A stretch of 64,000 bases of DNA from Eubacteriales bacterium. Its GTDB lineage: Bacteria; Bacillota; Clostridia; Oscillospirales; CAG-382. This document shows, piece after piece, positions 15,945 through 25,327 of this stretch (the stretch's first letter is position 1; the number at the start of each line of letters is the position of its first letter). A program made the position numbers and the translations under genes. Where the stretch lies: the NCBI GenBank assembly GCA_045541355.1, contig JAZQIW010000032.1, forward strand, positions 2,279 through 66,278, given 5' to 3'. The notes beneath the pieces are model-generated. The model was not told where the DNA came from. It saw only the letters and a list, made by a program, of their open reading frames with translations, and did no database searches.

Positions 15945-18194
15945 GTGGCTGATTATTATACATTTGAGGATTTAAAGAAAAAGCTTTTATCCTCAGGGAA
16001 TAAATATGATCTTGAAAAAATAGAAATTGCATATGAATATGCCGCAATGCTTCATGAGGGGCAGTTCAGAAAATCGGGTGAGCCTTATATTACTCACCCA
16101 CTTTGTGTTGCCGATATTGTATGCGACTTAAAGCTTGATACCGATTCCATATGTGCAGCCCTTCTCCATGACACTCTTGAGGACTGTAAGGATAAGACAA
16201 GCGATGCCGAGATTAAGCGTCTTTTTGGTGACTCCGTGTTTGAACTTGTTGACGGTCTTACAAAACTGCCTACTGTGTTCTTTGAAGATAAAGAAGAGGC
16301 AAGTATTGAAAATACCCGTAAGCTGTTTCTTGCCATGAATCACGATATACGCGTTATCTTCATAAAATTTGCTGACAGACTTCACAACATGAGAACACTT
16401 GATGCCAAGAGCGAGGAACGTCAGAGGATGATTGCCCTTGAGACAATGCATCTTTATGCGCCTCTGTCTCACAGACTCGGCGTGCAGAAGATTAAGACTG
16501 AGCTTGAGAATCTTGCACTCAGATATCTTGACCCGATTGGCTATGACGAAGTTAAGTGTGATATAGAATACAGATACGGCGAGAACAAGGACTTCCTTAA
16601 GGAAGCCAAAAAGCAGATTGAGGATAAGCTTTCATCTTCCAATATAAATTTTAACATTTCCGGCAGAGTCAAAACGATTTACAGTATTTATAAAAAAATG
16701 TACAATCAGGGCAAGAGCTTTGATGAAATATATGACTTTTACGCAATTAGAATTATTGTCGATTCTGAGCTTGAATGTTATACTGTTCTTGGTCTGATAC
16801 ATGAAATGTTCAATCTTATGCCCGGCAGGTTTAAGGATTACATTTCAACACCTAAGCCAAATATGTACCGTTCACTTCATACGACAGTTATCGGTCGTCA
16901 CGGTATTCCTTTTGAAGTACAGATTCGTACATGGGATATGCACGCCGTTGCTGAATACGGTATTGCTGCCCATTGGATGTATAAATCCGGCGAAAAGGAT
17001 AAGACAAATATTTCCGAAAAGCTTCAATGGATTAAAACTCTTATTGAAACAGAAACCGAAACAGGCGATGCTGATGAATTCCTTCGCCCTTTAAAGGTTG
17101 ACCTTTATGAGGATGAGACCTTTATTTTTACACCTAAGGGGGATGTTAAAAGCCTTCCTTTCGGCTCTACAACCATTGACTTTGCATATGCCATTCACTC
17201 GCAGATTGGTAATAAGATGATTGGCGCAAAGGTAAACGGTGTAATTGTTCCGATTGATACGGTACTGAAAAACGCCGATATATGTGAGATTGTAACCTCA
17301 TCTTCATCTTCAGGCCCCAGTAGAGACTGGCTTAAAATTGTTAAGACCAGTGAAGCAAAGAATAAAATCCGTCAGTGGTTTAAGAAGGAAAAACGCGAAG
17401 AAAACATTATTGAAGGTAAGAATGAGCTTGATAAGGAATTTAGACACTACGGTAAAGCCTGCACCGAAGCACAGAAGCTTGAAGTTATAGCAAATGTAGC
17501 AAAGCGCGCAGGTTATACAGATGTTGATGACTTCTATAATAATATCGGCTATGGCGGTGTTGCTGTTTCAAAATTTGCAGGAAAACTCAAGGACGAATTT
17601 GACAGAATTGTAGCGCCCGAGCCTTCTAAGAATATCAATCCCATGGAAGAGCTTGTGTCTGACAGGAATAAGCAGGCAGAGGAAAAACGCGAAAAAGAAA
17701 AAGCAAAGGATGCCATTCAAAGCGTTATAGTGGACAGTATAGATAACTGTCAGGTTCGTTTTGCAAAATGCTGTAATCCTCTTCCGGGTGATCATATAAT
17801 TGGGTTTGTTACGCGCGGTTTTGGTGTTTCTGTGCACAAATATGACTGTCCCAACGCCATGGCTGGTATTGCCAAGGATGATGAAAAGGATAGGTGGGTA
17901 ACCGTAAGATGGTCAAGAGATACTCTTGAAAGCGGTGAAAACACAACAGGTAATTTTGAGGCACTTCTTCAAATATTTGCCTATAATTCCTTTGAAATAT
18001 TTGCTGATATTACATCGGTATTCGCTGATATGAGAGTTCAGGTTCATTCCATGAATTCAAAGGAATCGGGAAGCGACGGTATGATAATTATGCTTAATAT
18101 TACGTGCCGTAACACTTCTCATGTTAACTCTATCATGTCTAGACTTAAAAAAGTAAAGAACGTAATTGATGTTACAAGAGGTTTTTCTTCATGA
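15945..18194 (+). CDS. relA: Bifunctional (p)ppGpp synthetase/hydrolase RelA/SpoT (Rel)
   Basis: HD domain (HPLCVADIV, LHDTLED), synthetase domain (YRSLHTTV, IPFEVQIRT), TGS and a C-terminal ACT-like region. The start is GTG. Confidence 0.95.
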   Translation: MADYYTFEDLKKKLLSSGNKYDLEKIEIAYEYAAMLHEGQFRKSGEPYITHPLCVADIVCDLKLDTDSICAALLHDTLEDCKDKTSDAEIKRLFGDSVFELVDGLTKLPTVFFEDKEEASIENTRKLFLAMNHDIRVIFIKFADRLHNMRTLDAKSEERQRMIALETMHLYAPLSHRLGVQKIKTELENLALRYLDPIGYDEVKCDIEYRYGENKDFLKEAKKQIEDKLSSSNINFNISGRVKTIYSIYKKMYNQGKSFDEIYDFYAIRIIVDSELECYTVLGLIHEMFNLMPGRFKDYISTPKPNMYRSLHTTVIGRHGIPFEVQIRTWDMHAVAEYGIAAHWMYKSGEKDKTNISEKLQWIKTLIETETETGDADEFLRPLKVDLYEDETFIFTPKGDVKSLPFGSTTIDFAYAIHSQIGNKMIGAKVNGVIVPIDTVLKNADICEIVTSSSSSGPSRDWLKIVKTSEAKNKIRQWFKKEKREENIIEGKNELDKEFRHYGKACTEAQKLEVIANVAKRAGYTDVDDFYNNIGYGGVAVSKFAGKLKDEFDRIVAPEPSKNINPMEELVSDRNKQAEEKREKEKAKDAIQSVIVDSIDNCQVRFAKCCNPLPGDHIIGFVTRGFGVSVHKYDCPNAMAGIAKDDEKDRWVTVRWSRDTLESGENTTGNFEALLQIFAYNSFEIFADITSVFADMRVQVHSMNSKESGSDGMIIMLNITCRNTSHVNSIMSRLKKVKNVIDVTRGFSS

Positions 18195-18655
18195 TTGCTT
18201 TAATACAAAGAACGCTGTCTTCGAGTGTTGATATAGACGAAAAGAATTATTCAAAAGCGGGCAGAGGTTTTCTGATACTTCTCGGTGTTTATTCTGAGGA
18301 CACGCAACAGCAGGTTGACATGCTTGCATCAAAGGTTGTAAAGCTTCGTGTTTTTGAAGACGAAAACGGAAAAATGAATCTTTCGCCGCTGCAGCTTGTG
18401 GAAAGGGGCGAGGAGTGTGAATTTATGGTGGTTTCACAGTTTACCCTTTGTGCAGAGTGTAAGGGGCAGAACAGACCTGCTTTTGTAAAAGCGGCGAGAC
18501 CCGAAACGGCAGTTCCGCTTTATGAACGCTTTGTTTCGCTCCTTAGAAATGAGTACGGTTTTAAAGTCAGTACGGGCGTTTTTGGAGCTGATATGAGGGT
18601 TTCTCTTGTTAATGACGGACCTGTTACTATTATACTTGATACCGATAAGCTTTAA
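18191..18655 (+). CDS. dtd: D-aminoacyl-tRNA deacylase
   Basis: MIALIQR..., SQFTL and NDGPVTIILDT motifs. The start overlaps the relA stop by 4 nt. Confidence 0.93.
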   Translation: MIALIQRTLSSSVDIDEKNYSKAGRGFLILLGVYSEDTQQQVDMLASKVVKLRVFEDENGKMNLSPLQLVERGEECEFMVVSQFTLCAECKGQNRPAFVKAARPETAVPLYERFVSLLRNEYGFKVSTGVFGADMRVSLVNDGPVTIILDTDKL

Positions 18656-18657
18656 AT

Positions 18658-20109
18658 ATGATTATAAGAATTGATGATTCAACAAACAGCGCAAAGTCCT
18701 TGTATTATCAGTCTCTTGTTTTGCTTTACCTGCCGTGCGAAAAGTTCGGTGAGGGCGATAACGAAAACAGTCTTGATATTAAAGCCTTTGTAAAAAATAA
18801 TGTCAACTATGCCTTTGTGAAGCTTAAGGTTGATGATAGGATTTCAGAGCACAGCCTTTGCGAAGCGGTCGATTTAAAAAAATATGCACAGATGAAGAAT
18901 CTTATCGGCAGAACCTTTCTGCGTGCTGCTGAAAGGCTGTTTGGACATCTCCCGCCTTGGGGAATATCAACAGGTGTAAAACCGATAAAGCTTGCAAGGA
19001 TATTTGTAAACTCTCTTGGTGCAGATAATGCATTGAAGGTGCTTACTGATGACTATATGATTTCTTATGAAAAAGCAAGACTTGCTGTGAGTGCTTGCAT
19101 TTATGAGGATAAATTGATGAGGGGAATGGGGGAAAGCCCCTGTTCTCTTTATATATCAATTCCCTTTTGTCCGACAAAGTGCAATTATTGCTCGTTTGTT
19201 TCGTGTACTACTCCAAGACTTCTGTCTTTAATTCCTGATTATTTAAAGAGAATTGAAGAAGAGCTTTTACTTGTTAAAAATGTGATAGAGGGTAAGCACC
19301 TGAATCTTAAGAGCATTTATATCGGCGGCGGAACACCTGCCATTTTAACCGACTTGCAAATCGGAAGGCTTCTTTCGGTTGTAAATGACTGCTTTGAAAT
19401 GAAGGGTGTTTGTGAATTTACGTTTGAAGCAGGACGTCCTGATTGTATAACAAGGGAAAAGCTGCTTGCTGTTAAAAACGGCGGCGTCGGAAGAATCAGC
19501 ATAAATACCCAGTCTGCAAATGATGAAATACTTAAAAGCGTCGGTCGAAATCATTTGTTTTCCGATTACCTTAAAGCAATGGATGCTGCAAGAGAAGTTG
19601 GATTTTCGTGCATTAATACAGACTTGATAGCAGGTCTCCCGGGTGAGTCGCCTGAGTCTTTTTGTGAAAGCGTAAGACGTGTTGAGGCTGTTTTGCCTGA
19701 GAATATAACAGTTCATGCATTTACTTTGAAAAAGTCGTCAAGTTACAGAATTGATGGTGGAAAGAGCTTTTCCGTTGATAATCTTAGTGCTATTGAAATG
19801 ACTGACTATGCCTCTCAATATCTATGTGAGCGAGCTTATTCGCCTTATTATATTTACAGGCAGAAGAACACGGTGGCAAATCTTGATAATGTTGGATATT
19901 CAAGACCTGGCTTCGAGGGAATTTATAACGTTGTTATGATGGGGGAATATCATACCGTTTTCGGCGTCGGAGCCGGAAGCGTTACAAAAATTGTTCGAGA
20001 TTCAGGCAACAAAGTAGATAGGTTGTTTTCGCCAAAATACCCTTATGAATTTCTTGACAGAGAAAAGTATAAAGGTTTTGACGTTGATAAGTGTATTGAA
20101 TTAATATAA
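18658..20109 (+). CDS. Radical SAM protein, HemN/HemZ-like coproporphyrinogen dehydrogenase family
   Basis: CPTKCNYCSF is the CxxxCxxC cluster. The ~480-aa size and N-terminal extension match HemZ-type proteins. Confidence 0.75.
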   Translation: MIIRIDDSTNSAKSLYYQSLVLLYLPCEKFGEGDNENSLDIKAFVKNNVNYAFVKLKVDDRISEHSLCEAVDLKKYAQMKNLIGRTFLRAAERLFGHLPPWGISTGVKPIKLARIFVNSLGADNALKVLTDDYMISYEKARLAVSACIYEDKLMRGMGESPCSLYISIPFCPTKCNYCSFVSCTTPRLLSLIPDYLKRIEEELLLVKNVIEGKHLNLKSIYIGGGTPAILTDLQIGRLLSVVNDCFEMKGVCEFTFEAGRPDCITREKLLAVKNGGVGRISINTQSANDEILKSVGRNHLFSDYLKAMDAAREVGFSCINTDLIAGLPGESPESFCESVRRVEAVLPENITVHAFTLKKSSSYRIDGGKSFSVDNLSAIEMTDYASQYLCERAYSPYYIYRQKNTVANLDNVGYSRPGFEGIYNVVMMGEYHTVFGVGAGSVTKIVRDSGNKVDRLFSPKYPYEFLDREKYKGFDVDKCIELI

Positions 20110-20114
20110 GAAGG

Positions 20115-21782
20115 GTGATTGCTTTGGCTAAGAATAAAGGACAGACTTTTGTTTACGGTGCACTTTTGCTGATGATATCAAACGTGCTTGTAAAAATTGT
20201 CGGGGCATTTCTTCGTATACCGCTTACCAATATTGTCGGCGTTGAAGGAATGGCATATTATAACGCGGCATACAGCATTTATGTTTCGTTTTATATGATA
20301 TCAACAGCAGGCATTCCCGTTGCTGTTTCGCGCATGATTGCGACTGCAAATTCTAAAAATAATCACAATGAAATAAAGAAGATTTTCAAGGTTGCATTCT
20401 GGCTGTTCTTTGCTATTGGTGTTATCGGTACAGGTGTTATGATGATATTTGCCAAGAGCTTTGCAGCATCATCAAAAATGCCTGACTCCTATTTTGCAAT
20501 GCTTGCAATTGCACCTACCATTTTCTTTATCTGCCTGTCATCTGCTTACAGAGGATATTTCCAGGGTCTCCAAAACATGATTCCGACTGCCGTGTCTCAG
20601 GTAATTGAAGCGGTTTCAAAGCTTGGTATTGGTATTGTCGCCGCTGTTTATTTTACAAAGAACGGTTATCCCATGTATATAGTTGCTGCATATGTTATAC
20701 TCGGCGTTACAATCGGTGTGTTTCTCGGCATGGTGTACGGCGCGGTTATTAAGGCTATGTATAACAGCTCTGCTGACTATAAAAATACTCTTATTAATTG
20801 CACACAAGAAAGCAGGGGGTGGAAACCCATTCTTAAAGAGCTTGTTATTATTGCAATCCCCATAACGCTTGCTTCATCCATCATGGGACTTACTAACCTT
20901 GTTGACACAATGCTGTTTGCAAGAGGTCTGCAAAGCACCGGAATTACCGAAAGGGCTGCAACATCATTCTATGGCACATATACGTCAATGGTTTATCCTT
21001 TGTTTAATCTTGTGCCGCCCTTCATATATACTTTTGCAATAAGCGCCATTCCTGCCGTATCCTCGGCAATTGCAGTCGGAAATAGGAAGAAAGCATCTCT
21101 TGATATTGAATCTGCGTTCAGAAACTGCGCCATTATTGCAATTCCATGTGCAATAGGCATGGCAAGTCTTTCGAGACGCATTGTTTCATTTCTCTTTGCA
21201 GAGGAAATGATAGATACGGGAAAAGAGGTTGTTTCGACTCTTGATCTTGCCTCTCCCGCACTTTCCGTTATTTCTATCGGCATATTCTTTCTTGGTGTAA
21301 TTTCCATCACAAATGCAATTCTTCAGGCATGCAGTAAGGAAAGCTATACCATAGTTTCGACCGTCAGCGGTATTGTAATTAAAGTAATATCAACATGGCT
21401 TCTTTCAAGAGTTCCGGGGCTCGGTCTTTTGGGTGCATCGCTCGGTACGCTTCTTTGCTATTTTACAATTATGGCGTTTAATGTGTTCTTTATGATATCA
21501 AAAACCGGCTTTACGGTAAGACTTCATAAAGTGTTTGTAAAACCGTTGATTTCCGGTATTGCCTGCGGCTTAAGTGCGGTAGTTGTTTCTGTAATTATGT
21601 ATAAGCTTCCGATAAGCGAAAGACTTTCAACGCTGATTTCTATCGGTATTGCAGTTGTTGTATACTTTGTCTGTCTCATTCTGCTTAAAGGTATAAGCAG
21701 ATATGATGTGCTTATGATGCCTAAGGGCAATAAGATTTGTTCGGTTATGGATAAATTCAATTTACTTGAAAAAGGTGAATGA
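20115..21782 (+). CDS. MOP-superfamily polysaccharide/lipid II flippase (SpoVB/YabM-like)
   Basis: A ~14-TM polytopic protein. It sits upstream of mazG, as B. subtilis yabM does. The start is GTG 20115 or TTG 20124. Confidence 0.75.
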   Translation: MIALAKNKGQTFVYGALLLMISNVLVKIVGAFLRIPLTNIVGVEGMAYYNAAYSIYVSFYMISTAGIPVAVSRMIATANSKNNHNEIKKIFKVAFWLFFAIGVIGTGVMMIFAKSFAASSKMPDSYFAMLAIAPTIFFICLSSAYRGYFQGLQNMIPTAVSQVIEAVSKLGIGIVAAVYFTKNGYPMYIVAAYVILGVTIGVFLGMVYGAVIKAMYNSSADYKNTLINCTQESRGWKPILKELVIIAIPITLASSIMGLTNLVDTMLFARGLQSTGITERAATSFYGTYTSMVYPLFNLVPPFIYTFAISAIPAVSSAIAVGNRKKASLDIESAFRNCAIIAIPCAIGMASLSRRIVSFLFAEEMIDTGKEVVSTLDLASPALSVISIGIFFLGVISITNAILQACSKESYTIVSTVSGIVIKVISTWLLSRVPGLGLLGASLGTLLCYFTIMAFNVFFMISKTGFTVRLHKVFVKPLISGIACGLSAVVVSVIMYKLPISERLSTLISIGIAVVVYFVCLILLKGISRYDVLMMPKGNKICSVMDKFNLLEKGE

Positions 21783-21783
21783 T

Positions 21784-22488
21784 ATGCAAAACGCAAAGGA
21801 GATAATCAAAAATCTCATCGCAAAAAACAATTATAACTTTGAGGATTTGTGTAATCTTGTTTCGGTGTTGAGATCCGATGACGGATGTCCGTGGGACAGG
21901 GAACAGACAAACGAATCAATCAGAAACGCCTTTATCGAGGAAACATACGAATTTGTTGAAGGTCTTGATTTGGGTGATGACAAACTTATGTGTGAAGAGC
22001 TTGGCGATGTGCTGTTTCAGATAGTTTTTCATGCTGACCTGAAAAGCGATTCAAATGCGTTTGATATGGGAGATGTCATAGACGGTATTTGTAAAAAAAT
22101 GATAATCAGGCATCCCCATGTGTTTTCGGACACGAGGGTTGAAAACTCTTCTGAGGTGCTTGTTAATTGGGAAAATATAAAGAATTATGAAAAGCAGCGC
22201 AAAACACCATATGAGCAGCTTGACAGCGTTGCTAAATCCTTGCCGTCTTTGATAAGAGCTCAGAAGCTGAGAGCTAAGGCAGAGAAAAACAACCTGTGTG
22301 AAAAGTGCATTCTCGAAGACAGTGTTAATGAAACAATGTCTCTTCTCGACGAACTTAATGAAACGAAAAGTCCTGAGATTCTTGGGAAAATATTGTTTAA
22401 TTTATGCGGCATTTCAAGCATTATAGATGCTGATGCAGAACAAACACTATATATTGAGAATGATAAATTTCAAGAAAAATTCAAGTAA
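21784..22488 (+). CDS. mazG: MazG-family nucleoside triphosphate pyrophosphohydrolase
   Basis: EETYEFVEGL and ELGDVLFQIVFHA motifs. The start was moved to ATG 21784, which has a GGTGA RBS. Confidence 0.85.
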   Translation: MQNAKEIIKNLIAKNNYNFEDLCNLVSVLRSDDGCPWDREQTNESIRNAFIEETYEFVEGLDLGDDKLMCEELGDVLFQIVFHADLKSDSNAFDMGDVIDGICKKMIIRHPHVFSDTRVENSSEVLVNWENIKNYEKQRKTPYEQLDSVAKSLPSLIRAQKLRAKAEKNNLCEKCILEDSVNETMSLLDELNETKSPEILGKILFNLCGISSIIDADAEQTLYIENDKFQEKFK

Positions 22489-22616
22489 ATTGTTACTCTT
22501 GATACAATTTTCGCTCTCTAGTAGTGTTTTTGAGCTAAAAATGCGTTATGATTTGTAAATAAATGGTAAATATGCATAATTTTTGGCAAAATTATTAAAA
22601 TAGTTCTTGCATTTTT

Positions 22617-22644
22617 TCAATAAACTGTTATACTATATATGTTA
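22617..22644 (+). promoter_or_regulatory. Sigma-A type promoter of hup
   Basis: TTGCAT, a 16-nt spacer, then TATACT preceded by TGT (extended -10). Confidence 0.6.
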
Positions 22645-22676
22645 ATACTTTTATTAAAAAAAGGAGATATTGTAAA

Positions 22677-22961
22677 ATGAACAAGACAGAATTAACAGCA
22701 AAGGTTGCCGAAAAGGCAGGTCTTACAAAGGAACAGGCTGCTAACGCAGTAAACGCTGTTCTCGCATCCATGACTGATGCACTCGCAGCAGGCGATAAGA
22801 TTCAGCTCGTTGGCTTTGGTACTTTCTCCGTTAAGTATCGTGCAGCTAAGGAATCCAAGAACCCCAGAACAGGCGAAAAGATCAAGGTTCCCGAAACATA
22901 TCGTCCCGCATTCTCCGCAGGCAAGAGCCTTAAGGAAATCGTAGCTAAGTACAAGGGCTAA
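22677..22961 (+). CDS. hup: DNA-binding protein HU
   Basis: MNKTELTAKVAEKAGLTKEQA...GFGTF...RNPRTGEKIKVPE; 94 aa; AAAGGAGA RBS. Confidence 0.95.
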   Translation: MNKTELTAKVAEKAGLTKEQAANAVNAVLASMTDALAAGDKIQLVGFGTFSVKYRAAKESKNPRTGEKIKVPETYRPAFSAGKSLKEIVAKYKG

Positions 22962-22986
22962 TTTGTCAACTACATTTTAGTTTATT

Positions 22987-23063
22987 CAGAGGACTGTCAG
23001 GTACTCTAAGGACTTCGGTGCCCCACGGTTGCCGTAATCTTTGGTATCATTGACAGTCCTTTG
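22987..23063 (+). other. GC-rich extended stem-loop between hup and the S4-domain gene (structured RNA or atypical terminator)
   Basis: CAGAGGACTGTCA (22987-22999) pairs with TGACAGTCCTTTG (23051-23063). Inner helices are GGTAC/GTATC, TAAGG/CTTTG and ACGG-TTG-CCGT. The local G+C (GGTGCCCCACGGTTGCCG) is far above the flanks. Confidence 0.4.
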
Positions 23064-23090
23064 AACTTTGTTTTACAATATTGAGGTATT

Positions 23091-23333
23091 ATGAGATTAG
23101 ATAAGTATTTAAAAGTTTCGCGGCTTATTAAGAGAAGAACCGTTGCAAATGATGCCTGTGATTCTCAGCATATTTCTGTTAACGGCAAAATTGCAAAGGC
23201 GTCATACGATGTCAAGGAAGGTGATATCATTGAAATCACCTTCGGAGAGAAAACACTAAAGGTACGCGTTGTAAACGTAAAGGAGCACGTTGGAAAGAAT
23301 GAGGCGTGTGAACTGTATGAGGCTATAAATTAG
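23091..23333 (+). CDS. S4-domain RNA-binding protein (YabO/Hsp15-like)
   Basis: MRLDKYLKVSRLIKRRTVANDAC...VNGKIAKASYDVKEGDIIEI is an S4 fold. The protein is 80 aa. Confidence 0.85.
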   Translation: MRLDKYLKVSRLIKRRTVANDACDSQHISVNGKIAKASYDVKEGDIIEITFGEKTLKVRVVNVKEHVGKNEACELYEAIN

Positions 23334-23389
23334 CATTATTATTGGCATTGCCGCATATTATTTAATAATAAATTTATGGCGGTGATATT

Positions 23390-23674
23390 ATGACAGAAGT
23401 CAGCGATAAAAGAGAACAAAACATTCTATTGTATAATAGGGAGAAGATAATTCTCAGCGGCATCTCGAGTGTCGACAGCTTTAATGATGCTGCAATAACG
23501 GCTACAACACGTGATGGTGATTGTGTTACCGTTGAAGGCAGCTCGCTTAATGTCAGGGATGTAAATCTTGATAAAGGCGTTGTTGAAGCAAACGGAAATA
23601 TATCAGGCTTTTTTTACCATGGAAAAGCTGTTCAAGGCAGCGGCTTTTTTGGCGGATTGTTTAAAAGAACATGA
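23390..23674 (+). CDS. yabP: Sporulation protein YabP
   Basis: 94 aa. The pattern REKIILSGISSVDSFND...VEGSSLNV...LDKGVVEANGNI matches YabP. The position between the S4-domain and yabQ-like genes also fits. Confidence 0.75.
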   Translation: MTEVSDKREQNILLYNREKIILSGISSVDSFNDAAITATTRDGDCVTVEGSSLNVRDVNLDKGVVEANGNISGFFYHGKAVQGSGFFGGLFKRT

Positions 23675-24186
23675 CGATATTTTTTCCGCCGCACCAGGAA
23701 TTTGCAATACTTTTTCTTGTAGTAACAGGCTTCATTTGCGGTGTTTTCTATGATGTACTTGCCGTAAAGCGAAAGCTTGTGGGTGAGCAGTACATATTTT
23801 TGTTTGTTGATGATGTCGTTTTTGTCTTCTTTTCTGCAATTCTGTTTCTTGTTTCGGTGTTTGCTGCAAATAACGGAATTGTAAGATGGTATGAATTCTT
23901 TGGCTATATTTTAGGATTTTTTGTATATAAGCTTACTCTTTCAAAGCTTGTTATGCTTGTTTTTACTCGCCTGATAATAATCTTAAAGCTTGCTGTTGTA
24001 AAGATAGTCAGCTTAGTGATTAGAACAGCCCTTTTTTTACTTTCGCCGATTATTGTTTTAATCAGTGCAGCTTTCGGCGGTGTAAGACTCTTGTCTTTGC
24101 CTGTGAAACATGCTTTTCAAAGGTGTGTTTGCCGACATAGAATTTATAGTTTTTTTGGAGAATTTAAACACATAGGATGTGATTGA
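23671..24186 (+). CDS. yabQ: Spore cortex biosynthesis protein YabQ-like membrane protein
   Basis: A ~5-TM protein of 171 aa. Its start overlaps the yabP stop (ATGA), and the synteny matches. Confidence 0.65.
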   Translation: MTIFFPPHQEFAILFLVVTGFICGVFYDVLAVKRKLVGEQYIFLFVDDVVFVFFSAILFLVSVFAANNGIVRWYEFFGYILGFFVYKLTLSKLVMLVFTRLIIILKLAVVKIVSLVIRTALFLLSPIIVLISAAFGGVRLLSLPVKHAFQRCVCRHRIYSFFGEFKHIGCD

Positions 24187-24455
24187 TTTTGAATTATATT
24201 AAACAGATTATTTTTACTTTTGTAATTATACTTCTTATGATTGTTGCCCTTGTTGCTCAGATTGATATAAATGAATACAACAAGGAAAAGCAGGCACTTG
24301 AAGAAGAGTATAATAAAATTGAACATGAAAACGAAAAGCTTGCTAATGAGCTTGAAATGCCGATGGATGATGAATATATTGCCAAGATTGCAGAGGAAGA
24401 GCTTGGATATAAAGACCCCGATAAGCAGTATTTTTATAACGATATTCCCGAATAA
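24183..24455 (+). CDS. divIC: Septum formation initiator DivIC/FtsB family
   Basis: One TM helix, then a coiled coil (EKQALEEEYNKIEHENEKLANELE), then the EYIAKIAEEELGYKDPD tail. Confidence 0.8.
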   Translation: MILNYIKQIIFTFVIILLMIVALVAQIDINEYNKEKQALEEEYNKIEHENEKLANELEMPMDDEYIAKIAEEELGYKDPDKQYFYNDIPE

Positions 24456-24468
24456 GTGAGGCATTATA

Positions 24469-25314
24469 ATGCGTGTAGTAAAAAGCGGTGAAATTGAAGC
24501 AGCAGTTGAAAGGCTGTTCATTGAAGCAAATTATTCTTTGCCGGTTTCACTTGAGAACAGAATAAAGGAATGTGAAGCCGATGAACAAAATGAGCTTGCT
24601 TGCGGTATTCTGAAGAAGCTGTCCGAAAATCTTGATGCAGCAAGGAATATAGGCGTACCAATTTGTCAGGACACCGGAATGGCGGTTTTGTTTGCAGAGA
24701 TTGGTAATGAAGTTTATGTAGAAGGCTTGCCGTTTGAAGAGGCGGTGAATAAAGGTGTAGCTAACGCTTATATTAACGGCTATCTTAGAAAATCTGTCGT
24801 AGAAGACCCTTTATTCAACCGAAAAAATACTGGTGATAATACTCCTGCAATTATACATACAAGAATTGTCCCGGGGGATAAGATCAGGCTTACGGCAGCA
24901 CCTAAAGGCTTTGGAAGCGAAAACATGAGCGCCGTTAAAATGTTTACCCCTTCGGCTTCGCATGAAGATATCATTTCGTTTGTTGTTGAAACGGTCAAAA
25001 ATGCCGGTGGTAATCCATGCCCCCCGATCGTTGTTGGCGTAGGCATTGGCGGTAATTTTGAATATTGCACGTATCTTGCAAAGAAAGCTCTTGCAAGAGA
25101 TGTTGATGAGAGAAACAGTAATATTAATTATGCTGAGCTTGAAATCAAAATGCTTGAAAGAATTAATATGCTTGATATAGGACCGCAAGGTTTTGGAGGT
25201 AAAACCACCGCGCTTGCTGTTAATATTGAAGCTTTTCCGACTCATATTGCAGGACTTCCGTGCGCAGTAAATATTGGCTGTCACGTGACACGACACAAAA
25301 GTTGTATAATATAG
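24469..25314 (+). CDS. Fe-S type (class I) fumarate/tartrate hydro-lyase, alpha subunit
   Basis: The PICQDTGMAVLF motif, 281 aa, and a C-terminal NIGCHVTRHK. Confidence 0.85.
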   Translation: MRVVKSGEIEAAVERLFIEANYSLPVSLENRIKECEADEQNELACGILKKLSENLDAARNIGVPICQDTGMAVLFAEIGNEVYVEGLPFEEAVNKGVANAYINGYLRKSVVEDPLFNRKNTGDNTPAIIHTRIVPGDKIRLTAAPKGFGSENMSAVKMFTPSASHEDIISFVVETVKNAGGNPCPPIVVGVGIGGNFEYCTYLAKKALARDVDERNSNINYAELEIKMLERINMLDIGPQGFGGKTTALAVNIEAFPTHIAGLPCAVNIGCHVTRHKSCII

Positions 25315-25327
25315 GAGATGACAAAAA

